Shown: positions 51,203 to 58,680 of the stretch, in pieces
Layout of the letters: every line of letters begins with the position of its first letter
Position numbering within the stretch: the stretch's first letter is position 1
Assembly (NCBI GenBank): GCA_041483635.1
Contig: JBGPGA010000002.1
Location: 1 to 58,680 of the forward strand
Direction of reading: 5' to 3'
Length of the DNA: 58,680 nucleotides
From: Thermoplasmata archaeon
Lineage (GTDB): Archaea > Thermoplasmatota > Thermoplasmata > RBG-16-68-12
Position numbers and translations under genes: made by a program
The notes under the pieces: generated by a model
The model's database searches: none
Told to the model about the DNA's origin: nothing
What the model saw: only the letters and a program-made list of their open reading frames with translations

Positions 51203-52288
51203 GTGGACACGGGGCTCCTCCTCATTCCCGGTCCGGTCCCCCTCCATCCTCGGGTCCAGGAGGAACTCGCGAAGCCCGCCCTGCCCCACTACGGGGACGC
51301 GTGGATCAAGGCCTTCGCGGAGACCCAGGACCTGATGCGGTACGTCTGGGAGGCACCGAAGGGTCGGGTCTTTCCTCTCATGGGCCCGGGTCACGCGGGA
51401 CTCGAGTCCCTCGCCTTCACGTTCCTCCGCCCCCGCGACCGGGTCGTCGTCCTCGACAACGGTTTCTTCGGCGAGCGGCTCGCGGAGGTCCTGGCGACGC
51501 ACCGCCTTCGGGTGGAACGGGTGCGCTCCGAGTGGGGCGACGGGTTCGACATGGGAGGCCTGAAGAAGGCGCTCGGGAAGCCGGCGAAGGCCGTGGCCCT
51601 GATTCACAACGAAACCGCGACGGGGGTCACGAATCCCCTGGACGAGGTGGTCGAACTCGCGCACTCGAAGGGCGCCTTCGTCCTCGTCGATGCGGTCTCC
51701 TCCCTCGGCGGCATTCCGGTCCGCGGCGGGAAACTGGCGATCGATGCCGCCTTCAGCGCCTCGCAGAAGTGCCTCGCCGCACCCGCGGGGATCGCGCCCC
51801 TCCTGGTCTCCCCGTCCCTGTGGGAGGCGACGGACCCGAACGGAATCGACGGATGGTACCTGAACCTCTTCACATGGGACCGCTACGAGCGGGAGTGGGG
51901 CGACTGGCATCCGACTCCGACGACGATTTCCTCGAACCTGTTCTATGCGGTCCACCGCGCGCTCGCGCTCGTGAAGGAGGAGGGGCTCCCGCCCCGGTTC
52001 GAGCGCCACGCCCGGGCGGCGTCCCGGCTGCGGGACGGGCTCGTGGAGCTTGGCTTCCAGCCGGTTGCGTCCCCGCCGCTGCTCTCGAACACGGTCACGT
52101 GCATGCGCCCTCCCGCGCACGTCGATGCCGCGAGCTTCGCGAAGTGGCTCAAGGAGAGGCACAACATCTACATCTCCGGCGGCCTCGGGCCCCTGCGGGG
52201 CAAGACGATCCGCATCGGGACGATGGCCACGCAGGCCGAGCCTGAGATTGTGGATCGGTTCCTGGACGCGGCCAAGACTCTGGTGTGA
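51203..52288 (+). CDS. Class V aminotransferase (serine/alanine-glyoxylate aminotransferase-like)
   Basis: LLIPGPVPL, NETATGV, LVDAVSSLGG and SASQKCLAAPAG (PLP Lys). GTG start. Confidence 0.85.
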   Translation: MDTGLLLIPGPVPLHPRVQEELAKPALPHYGDAWIKAFAETQDLMRYVWEAPKGRVFPLMGPGHAGLESLAFTFLRPRDRVVVLDNGFFGERLAEVLATHRLRVERVRSEWGDGFDMGGLKKALGKPAKAVALIHNETATGVTNPLDEVVELAHSKGAFVLVDAVSSLGGIPVRGGKLAIDAAFSASQKCLAAPAGIAPLLVSPSLWEATDPNGIDGWYLNLFTWDRYEREWGDWHPTPTTISSNLFYAVHRALALVKEEGLPPRFERHARAASRLRDGLVELGFQPVASPPLLSNTVTCMRPPAHVDAASFAKWLKERHNIYISGGLGPLRGKTIRIGTMATQAEPEIVDRFLDAAKTLV

Positions 52289-52291
52289 CGC

Positions 52292-54091
52292 TCAGGTCTC
52301 GGGCAGATACGCCTCGAGCCAAGCGATCGCGCGATCGTGGAGACGGACGCGGTTCGAGGTCTTCCGCGGCGAATGGCCCTCGTCGGGGAACTCGAGGTAG
52401 TCGACCGTCTTCCCCATCCTCCGCATCTCCTCGACGATCTGCCGCGCCTCCGTCACGGGGCACCGCGGGTCGTGCGCGCCGCCCGTGAACAGGACGGGCA
52501 CGCGGATCCGATCGAGGTAGAAGAAGGGGGAATACTTGCGGAATCGCTCCGCGTCCGCCTCGGGCGTCCCCATCTTGTTGTGGTCGTACCTCTGCAGGTA
52601 TCCGCGCTCGTTCGACGTCGCGGTGAACCAGTTGAAGAAGCCCACCACGCTCACGCCGACGGTCCAGAGCTCGGGCGCCTGCTCGAGGCAATGGGCGACC
52701 GCATATCCTCCGTAGCTCGTCCCGATGATGCCGAGGCGCCCGGGCAGGCAGCGCCCGGTCCGGACGAGCCAGCGGCCGCCCGCGATGATGTCCTGCATGT
52801 CCGCGCCGCCGAGGTCGTGGTCGCTCGACTTCCGCCACGCGCGACCGTACCCGGTCCCCCCGCGGTAGTTCGGCGCGAGGACCGTGAAGCCCCGGGCCAC
52901 GAGGAACTGGTGACCCGCGTCCCACTCGTTCAGCTCCTGACTCTCCGGCCCGCCATGCGGATCGACGATCGCCGCGCCCCGGGATCGCGCCCTGGGCGGC
53001 TCGTACAGCCATGCGGGGATCCTGCGCCCGTCGAAGCTCCGATACGAGACGAGCTTCCCCCGCGCGAGTTCTCCGGCCGGGAGCTTCGTCCGGAGACTGT
53101 CCACGAGGGTCGTCCGCCGGTTCCCGCGTTGGAGGACGAGCCGGTAGGGCCGCAGGCTCGTCGAGTGCTGGTAGAACAGGGCTCGACCGTCCGAATGCCA
53201 TGCGGGTCGCGCCGCGACGCCTTCTGCCGGCGAAACGGGGCGGATCCGCCGACCGCGCGCGTCCGCGACCATGAGCCGGACGTTCCCGTCGTGGTTCTCG
53301 AGGAAGGCGAGGCGCGCTCCATCCGGGGACCACAGGGGCATCGACTTGTCCCGACGCGTCCGCACGGGCCAACGGACCGCTCTCGTCGTCAGATCGAGAA
53401 CGCCGACATCGAGGTGATCGTGCACATTCGAGATGAACGCAAGGTGGCGTCCGTCCGGGGAGAACGGCTGGGGCCGGCCCACATCCCCTGCGAGGACGCT
53501 CTCGCTGTCCGGCCAGGCGACGAGCTTCTCCATGCGACCGTCGAGGTCGACGATCCCGACCCAGTCCTCGTGTCCAACGCCCGCCGAGAAGGCGATTTGG
53601 CGTCCGTCCGGGCGCCATGCGATCTCGGACACAATGTCCTCGACGTGGGTGAGCTGCCTCGGCGTACCCCCATCGGCTCCGACCGCGAAGACGTTATCGC
53701 GGTCCCGATCCCGGGTCGAGATGAAGGCGATCGTCGCGCCGTCGGGCGACCATCGCGGGGACGCACTGTCCGCGGGGGTGTCCGTGAGCTTCCGCGCCGG
53801 CCCACCGCCCGAGGGCACGACGTAGATGTTGAAGTTCTCGTCCCCTTCAAAATCGGACTGGACCGCGATCCACTTTCCATCCGGCGAGAACTCCGGGTTC
53901 ATCACGGCCTGCTCCGAATTGAGGAGGACCCGCTCGCCCTTCCGTGCGACGTCCCGCACGTAGACGGTCCACTGTTCCCCCTGGTTCGCGGAGTACGCGA
54001 GACGCCGACCGTCCCGCGACACGTCGAAGTTGCCGAGCTGTCCGATCTTCCGGAGGAAGCGCCGGGGCGTGAAGGTGACCTTCCGCGTCAT
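52292..54091 (-). CDS. S9 family serine peptidase (acylaminoacyl-peptidase / prolyl oligopeptidase type) with N-terminal beta-propeller
   Basis: Repeated SPDG/WSPDG propeller motifs, GTSYGGY (GxSxGG nucleophile), and C-terminal D and H blocks. Start set at ATG 54091, downstream of the shared TATA. Confidence 0.85.
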   Translation of the reverse strand: MTRKVTFTPRRFLRKIGQLGNFDVSRDGRRLAYSANQGEQWTVYVRDVARKGERVLLNSEQAVMNPEFSPDGKWIAVQSDFEGDENFNIYVVPSGGGPARKLTDTPADSASPRWSPDGATIAFISTRDRDRDNVFAVGADGGTPRQLTHVEDIVSEIAWRPDGRQIAFSAGVGHEDWVGIVDLDGRMEKLVAWPDSESVLAGDVGRPQPFSPDGRHLAFISNVHDHLDVGVLDLTTRAVRWPVRTRRDKSMPLWSPDGARLAFLENHDGNVRLMVADARGRRIRPVSPAEGVAARPAWHSDGRALFYQHSTSLRPYRLVLQRGNRRTTLVDSLRTKLPAGELARGKLVSYRSFDGRRIPAWLYEPPRARSRGAAIVDPHGGPESQELNEWDAGHQFLVARGFTVLAPNYRGGTGYGRAWRKSSDHDLGGADMQDIIAGGRWLVRTGRCLPGRLGIIGTSYGGYAVAHCLEQAPELWTVGVSVVGFFNWFTATSNERGYLQRYDHNKMGTPEADAERFRKYSPFFYLDRIRVPVLFTGGAHDPRCPVTEARQIVEEMRRMGKTVDYLEFPDEGHSPRKTSNRVRLHDRAIAWLEAYLPET

Positions 54092-54124
54092 GATCCACCC
54101 GTCGGCGCGGGGATGGGGCACCGG

Positions 54125-54132
54125 GATAAAAG
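54125..54132. promoter_or_regulatory. Single TATA element GATAAAAG / CTTTTATC shared by divergent genes
   Basis: Centred between the peptidase ATG 54091 (minus) and the NUDIX ATG 54162 (plus), 71 nt apart. No second AT-rich element lies between them. Confidence 0.45.
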
Positions 54133-54161
54133 CCATCTTGGCGGCCCGCGTTGGCCTGGTC

Positions 54162-54647
54162 ATGTCCGTGAACGTCGCGACGCTGCCGATCACGGTCGGC
54201 GTGGGGGCCATCCTGGTGCGGGACGGCGGCCTCCTGGTGGTAAAGAGGACGTATGGTGCCTTGAAGGGATTCTGGACGATTCCCTCCGGCTACGTCGAGC
54301 CCCATGAGTCCGTCGTCATGACGCTCGAGCGGGAAGTGAAGGAGGAGACCGCCGTGGTCGGTCGGACAGGCTCCCTCGTCGCCGTGCGGAACCGGGTCAC
54401 TGCAGACGTCAACGACACGTTCCTCGTCTTCCACATGGACTACCTTTCCGGCGATCCGACCCCGGACGCGCAGGAGGTGAGCGCGGCGGCCTTCATCCCC
54501 CTCGAGGAGCTCCGGACTTCGGCCGAGTCCGCGCCCTTCACGAAGGCGATGATCGAGAAGGGCCTCCCCGCCCGCGGGATGCGCCTGGACTCATACCTCC
54601 CCCCGGGACCGCGGAAAGAAGGCGAGTTCTACCTGCTGTACCTCTGA
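54162..54647 (+). CDS. NUDIX hydrolase
   Basis: NUDIX box GYVEPHESVVMTLEREVKEETAV. ATG 54162 lies 37 nt from GATAAAAG. Confidence 0.8.
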   Translation: MSVNVATLPITVGVGAILVRDGGLLVVKRTYGALKGFWTIPSGYVEPHESVVMTLEREVKEETAVVGRTGSLVAVRNRVTADVNDTFLVFHMDYLSGDPTPDAQEVSAAAFIPLEELRTSAESAPFTKAMIEKGLPARGMRLDSYLPPGPRKEGEFYLLYL

Positions 54648-54658
54648 GCTCGCGAAAG

Positions 54659-54666
54659 GCCTTATC
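54659..54666 (+). promoter_or_regulatory. TATA-like element GCCTTATC
   Basis: 30 nt upstream of GTG 54689. Confidence 0.45.
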
Positions 54667-54688
54667 CCCCGCGGACCTTGGGGAACCC

Positions 54689-55309
54689 GTGGCGACGACG
54701 ATCCCCGCGGTCTGCATCGGCACGAAGTACGTGCTCGACGCATCCGCGATCGACCGCATCCGCGCCTGCCTCGCGGGAGGCGGCCTCGTCGTGCACCCGA
54801 CGGACACGGTCTATGGCCTCGCTGCGGACCCCTTCCAGGCGAAGGCCATCGAGCGGGTGTACGCCGTGAAAGCGCGCCCGCGGGAGCTCGCGCTTTCGAT
54901 GGCCGTGGCGGACGTCGAGGACATCTTCCGCTACGGGGCGAAGACCCCTTTGGCCGAGAACTTCTGCCGCAAGAACCTCCCTGGACCCTACACCGTCGTC
55001 CTCCGGGCGACGCCCGAGGCCCCCCCCGCACTCGTGAACCGTCAGGCGCTCATCGGGATCCGGATCCCCGATCACCCGATCCCCCGACTCATCGCCAAGA
55101 TCTACGGCCCGATCACGACGACGAGCGCGAACCGCCACGGGCAGCCGTCGCCGACTTCGTGCATCGAGGCGAGGGAGCAGCTCGGCGATTCGGTCGATCT
55201 GTACATCGACGCGGGCCCCTCCCCGCTCGGGGCCGAGTCCAGCGTGATCGACCTCTCCGGTCCCCGGGCAAAGGTCCTTAGACAGGGCGCCCTTCCGACG
55301 AGGGCGTGA
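54689..55309 (+). CDS. L-threonylcarbamoyladenylate synthase (Sua5/YrdC/TsaC family, YrdC domain only)
   Basis: VVHPTDTVYGLAADP, VKARPRELALS, PGPYTVVL and TSANRHGQPS. GTG start 30 nt from TATA GCCTTATC. Confidence 0.85.
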   Translation: MATTIPAVCIGTKYVLDASAIDRIRACLAGGGLVVHPTDTVYGLAADPFQAKAIERVYAVKARPRELALSMAVADVEDIFRYGAKTPLAENFCRKNLPGPYTVVLRATPEAPPALVNRQALIGIRIPDHPIPRLIAKIYGPITTTSANRHGQPSPTSCIEAREQLGDSVDLYIDAGPSPLGAESSVIDLSGPRAKVLRQGALPTRA

Positions 55310-55311
55310 CG

Positions 55312-56199
55312 ATGGACGCCGACGTCCGCGCCTCCCTCCTCGAGGCGGGTCGCGTCTCCAAGGAAGCGAAGGAGCGAGCCGTGGAGCTCGTGGCGGACGG
55401 CGTCCTCCTGCTCGACGTGGCGGAGGAGATCGAGGGTCTCATGCGGAAGCGCGGCCTGCGGCCCGCCTTCCCGACGTGCATCTCGATCGACAACATCGCC
55501 GCGCACTACTCCCCGACGCATGACGACACCCTGCGCTTTCGCCGTGGCAACGTCGTGAAGCTCGACCTCGGCGCGCAGAAGGATGGCTGGATCGCGGACA
55601 CAGCGGTGACGATCGAGGTCGGCACGCGCAACTGGTCGCGGCTCATCCAGGCGTCCGAGCTCGCCCTCCAGACCGCGATCGAGGCCGTCCATCCCGGCGT
55701 CGAGACCCGGGTCCTCGGCGAAGGGATCCGCCGCGCGATCGAGTCGAACGGGTACAAGCCGATCCGGAACCTGACGGGGCACACGATCGAGCGATACGTC
55801 CTCCACGCGGGCAAGAGCGTGCCCAACATCCCGCACGGCCACGACACACTCGAGGAGGGCGAGGTCGTGGCCATCGAGCCGTTCTCCTCCTCCGGCGCCG
55901 GGGAGGTCGACGGTCGGCGGACGGGGAACATCTACCGCGTCCTGCGTACGAAGCCGCTCAAAGAGGATGGGCTCACGGAGTTCCTGGAAAAGCTCTCCGC
56001 CGAGTTCACGACCCTTCCGTTCGCGGAACGGTGGGCCCATGGACTCGACCCGAAAGCGCCGTCCCTCCTCAACCAGCTGCTGCGCACGCGGTCCGTCATG
56101 ACGTATCCCGCGCTCCTCGACGTCGGCGCGGGGATCGTCGCGCAGACGGAGCACACGATGATCGTCCGCGCGGGCAGCGCGGAGGTCACGACCGCGTGA
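55312..56199 (+). CDS. map: Methionine aminopeptidase, type 2 (archaeal)
   Basis: Colinear with P. furiosus MetAP: [48 protein letters not shown] and [11 protein letters not shown] 55312; an overlapping GTG at 55306 is an alternative. Confidence 0.9.
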   Translation: MDADVRASLLEAGRVSKEAKERAVELVADGVLLLDVAEEIEGLMRKRGLRPAFPTCISIDNIAAHYSPTHDDTLRFRRGNVVKLDLGAQKDGWIADTAVTIEVGTRNWSRLIQASELALQTAIEAVHPGVETRVLGEGIRRAIESNGYKPIRNLTGHTIERYVLHAGKSVPNIPHGHDTLEEGEVVAIEPFSSSGAGEVDGRRTGNIYRVLRTKPLKEDGLTEFLEKLSAEFTTLPFAERWAHGLDPKAPSLLNQLLRTRSVMTYPALLDVGAGIVAQTEHTMIVRAGSAEVTTA

Positions 56200-56234
56200 G
56201 ATTCGCGGCCGTGCCCGCCGTGACGTGTCACAAC

Positions 56235-56242
56235 GTTTAATA
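56235..56242 (+). promoter_or_regulatory. TATA-like element GTTTAATA for the DUF211 gene
   Basis: 50 nt upstream of GTG 56285. The leader carries GGAGGA. Confidence 0.45.
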
Positions 56243-56284
56243 CCGGAGGTCCCCATCGACGACCTCCTTTCGGAGGACCGATCC

Positions 56285-56581
56285 GTGACCGAAATCAAGC
56301 GCCTCGTCCTCGATGTTCTGAAACCTCACAAGCCCTCGCTTATCGAGCTTACGCAGCGGCTGAGCTCCCTCAAGGGCGTCGAGGGCGTGAACTGCAGCCT
56401 GGACGAGGTCGACCAGGAGACCGAGACGGTTAAGGTCACGATCGAGGGAAGCTCGATTGCATACGACGGCGTCGAGGCCGCGCTGCGAGAGCTCGGGGCC
56501 GTCATCCACTCCGTCGACGAGGTCGCCGCCGGCAAGCGCCTCATCGAAGACGTTCGCACGATGCAGGACCACCGGGTCTGA
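56285..56581 (+). CDS. DUF211 family protein
   Basis: [19 protein letters not shown]...[25 protein letters not shown]...[13 protein letters not shown] 56285 has GGAGGA at -8 and lies downstream of TATA GTTTAATA (56235). The track start 56225 lies upstream of that TATA. Confidence 0.7.
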   Translation: MTEIKRLVLDVLKPHKPSLIELTQRLSSLKGVEGVNCSLDEVDQETETVKVTIEGSSIAYDGVEAALRELGAVIHSVDEVAAGKRLIEDVRTMQDHRV

Positions 56582-56651
56582 TTCTCGGCGGCGAATTGTT
56601 TCGCGGCCCTCCCCCGCGCCTTCAAGAGACGGCCTCCCCTCGCACCGGCCC

Positions 56652-57074
56652 ATGGTCGACCTCCTCACCCTCGCCCTGACGATCCTCGCCATCGGCTTCG
56701 GCCTCGTGGTCGGGTTCGTCGCGGGCCGGGCCCTCACCCAGCGGACCCTCGAGCTGGACTTCCGGGACCGGGAGAGGGAGATCCGGCGGGACTCGGTCGA
56801 CCGGAGCCGTTCGACCCTGAGCGGGCAGTTCCTGGAGAAGCTGGCTCCCCATCTCCCCGAGTTCCCGTATGACCCGACGGACGTGCGGTTCCTGGGGAGC
56901 CCGGTCGACTACGTCGTCTTCGATGGCCTCGCCGAGGGGGAGCTCCGAGAGGTTGTTTTCTTGGAGGTGAAGAGCGGGCGGTCGGACTTGAGCGCGAGAG
57001 AGCGCCGGGTCCGCGACGCGGTGAAGGCTGGCGCAGTCCGATGGGACGTGTACCGCGTCCCGGGCGAGGACTAA
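56652..57074 (+). CDS. Membrane-anchored Holliday-junction-resolvase-like (restriction-endonuclease-fold) protein
   Basis: N-terminal TM helix, coiled segment, then PVDYVVFDG...VVFLEVKSGRSDLSARERRVRDAV, which is typical of the predicted Hjc-related endonuclease family (COG4741-like, from memory). Confidence 0.6.
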   Translation: MVDLLTLALTILAIGFGLVVGFVAGRALTQRTLELDFRDREREIRRDSVDRSRSTLSGQFLEKLAPHLPEFPYDPTDVRFLGSPVDYVVFDGLAEGELREVVFLEVKSGRSDLSARERRVRDAVKAGAVRWDVYRVPGED

Positions 57075-57361
57075 CGGGACCGGGACTCCTTGATCCGCTG
57101 GGCGACCTTCTGGACGATCGAGGTCTTGAAGTAGTCCGCGCGGACGAGCACGCGGCCTTCGTGGCGCCAATGCGTCGTCGGAAAGGCCTTCTCCGCGTCC
57201 AGTTCGGGTTGGAGCCCGAGCGCCTTGGCCGCCGCGACGACCTCCTCCGCGGTCGGCGACTCGACGGCCCACTTCTTCGCGACCCGCCGCCCGTCCGCAC
57301 GGGACCGCCCGAGGTCGAAGTACGCGGGGTACAGCACGATGGGCCGGTCGCGCTTGGGCAT
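57071..57361 (-). CDS. srp19: Signal recognition particle protein SRP19
   Basis: IVLYPAYFDLGRSRADGRRV, and later EGRVLV. ATG 57361 lies 32 nt from TATA ACCTTATG. The track start 57445 adds 28 non-conserved residues. Confidence 0.8.
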   Translation of the reverse strand: MPKRDRPIVLYPAYFDLGRSRADGRRVAKKWAVESPTAEEVVAAAKALGLQPELDAEKAFPTTHWRHEGRVLVRADYFKTSIVQKVAQRIKESRSR

Positions 57362-57385
57362 GCGCGGAGCGAAGGGCCGCCTTGC

Positions 57386-57393
57386 CATAAGGT
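57386..57393 (-). promoter_or_regulatory. TATA-like element ACCTTATG for srp19
   Basis: 32 nt upstream of ATG 57361 on the minus strand. Confidence 0.45.
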
Positions 57394-57471
57394 TTTCCCG
57401 GGTGGACGGAACCCGCGTAAGGTTCATGGCATGACCCTGCTTCACCCCAATATCGCGGGTGGCGGAGCACG

Positions 57472-58680
57472 ATGGAAGGGGAACGGGATCTCGTCGACTA
57501 CGCGGTCGATTATGCGCGGCAGAAGGGCGCCAGCTACGCGGAAGCCCGCTTCGAGCGCCAAGAGCCAGAGCAGTTCATCCTGAAGAACGGAACCCTGGAC
57601 GCCCTGTACGTCGGCGCGGACCGCGGGATCGGCGTCCGGGTCTTGGCGAAGGGAAGTCTCGGGTTCGGCGCGACGAACCTTCTCACCAAGGCCGATGTGA
57701 AGACGATCGTGGATGACGCCGTCAAGATCGCGAAGGCCTCGAAGCGGAAGACGCCGATCACCTTCGCGCAGGAAGAGGCCATCACGACGAACTGGTCCGT
57801 CTCGGAGGAGACGAAGCTCTCGGACGTGCCGGTCGAAGAGAAGATCCAGGAGATCCAGGCTGTGGACAAGGCCATCATGGACCTGGGGTTCAAGGTCCCC
57901 GCCCGCTACTTCCAGCTCGCAGGGAACCGGATCACGAAGTACTTCGCGAACTCCGAGGGCTCGAAAATCGGATCCTACAGCCCCCGCCTCCGCGTCACGT
58001 ACTTCCTCACCGTCGTGAACGGCGCCGATGCGGAGCAGACCCACCGGGACTACGGCTGGTCCGGAGGATGGGAGGGCGTCCGGGAATGGGACCTGCTGAA
58101 GCGCGTGACGGACGAGGCGAAGTCCATGCAGCGGTCCCTGTTGGAGGGGAAGAAGTCGCCCGAGGGGAAGATGGACATCGTCGTCGGACCGTTGGTGTCG
58201 GGAATCGCTGCCCACGAGTCCTGCGGTCATCCAACCGAAGCGGACCGGGTCCTCGGTCGCGAAGCGAGCCAGGCCGGGAAGTCGTTCATCGGCCCCGACG
58301 GGCTGGGCATGAAGGTGGGCTCCGAGGTCGTCAATGTCTGCGACGATCCCACGATGGAGCACGCGATCGCGTACTACGCGACGGACGACGAAGGGGTCCG
58401 AGCCCGCCGCCGCTACCTGTACAAGGAGGGCCGCGTCCATGAGTTCCTCCAGAACCGGGAGACCGCGTCCGCGTTCGGAACCCGGAGCAACGGCGCGTCC
58501 CGGGCGGTCAACTACAATGTCGAGGCGATCGTCCGGATGGCGAACACGTTCGTCGAGCCCAAGGACCACACCATCGAGGAGCTCCTCGAGGGCGTCAAGT
58601 TCGGCGTCTACATGAAATCCTTCATGGAGTGGAACATCGACGACAAGCGCTACAACGCGAAGTACGCGGGGCGGGAGGCC
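57472..58680 (+). CDS. TldD/PmbA-family metalloprotease (3' end beyond window)
   Basis: Own translation: MEGERDLVDYAVDYARQKGASYAEARFE...GIGVRVLAKGSLGFG...AAHESCGHPTEADR (HExxxH)...NIDDKRYNAKYAGREA. The frame stays open to the window end, so it is absent from the track. Confidence 0.8.
   Translation, partial: MEGERDLVDYAVDYARQKGASYAEARFERQEPEQFILKNGTLDALYVGADRGIGVRVLAKGSLGFGATNLLTKADVKTIVDDAVKIAKASKRKTPITFAQEEAITTNWSVSEETKLSDVPVEEKIQEIQAVDKAIMDLGFKVPARYFQLAGNRITKYFANSEGSKIGSYSPRLRVTYFLTVVNGADAEQTHRDYGWSGGWEGVREWDLLKRVTDEAKSMQRSLLEGKKSPEGKMDIVVGPLVSGIAAHESCGHPTEADRVLGREASQAGKSFIGPDGLGMKVGSEVVNVCDDPTMEHAIAYYATDDEGVRARRRYLYKEGRVHEFLQNRETASAFGTRSNGASRAVNYNVEAIVRMANTFVEPKDHTIEELLEGVKFGVYMKSFMEWNIDDKRYNAKYAGREA

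Overview
58.7-kb, GC-rich (about 65-70% by hand counts) chromosomal fragment that is clearly archaeal. Markers: RadA, diphthine synthase, SRP19, Trm5, TrmY, pyruvoyl arginine decarboxylase, type-2 MetAP, archaeal-type AsnRS and NAPRTase, DUF211. Gene content suggests an aerobic or microaerobic heterotroph, possibly Thermoplasmatota-like (inference only). I support about 66 protein genes and one tRNA-Arg(TCG). I saw no rRNA, CRISPR array, transposase or integrase. Many long ORFs in the track are antisense or out-of-frame shadows of real genes, as expected at this GC content.

Main themes:
1. A nickel and oxidative-stress neighbourhood at 1-12.9 kb: NikR with a divergent HX4DH nickel permease, catalase, an FNR-like reductase, NiSOD sodN with its maturation protease sodX, Acr3/ArsC, and the base-excision genes nth, ogg and mutY.
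2. A tRNA-Arg followed by an 853-aa multidomain protein (uncharacterised N-domain, RHH-like helix, TPR, DUF835-like).
3. A beta-oxidation set: thiolase, Hbd and an acyl-CoA dehydrogenase.
4. A giant 1802-aa Lhr helicase whose C-terminal half contains an internally duplicated module. It is translationally coupled to a VOC-fold gene.
5. A cluster of zinc-ribbon and TPR membrane proteins.
6. A compositionally atypical (about 48-58% GC) two-gene islet just upstream of radA. It encodes an N-terminal HCDTLDGPVV protein with a His-rich tail and a zinc-ribbon-hemerythrin fusion, is flanked by two colinear repeated 10-mers, and is preceded by a structured leader.

Most genes have a TATA-like octamer (CCTTTATC / CCTTAAGY type) about 29-36 nt upstream of the start codon. 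This implies mostly leaderless mRNAs, and I used it to refine several starts. All functional calls come from motif recognition by eye and need HMM or BLAST confirmation.
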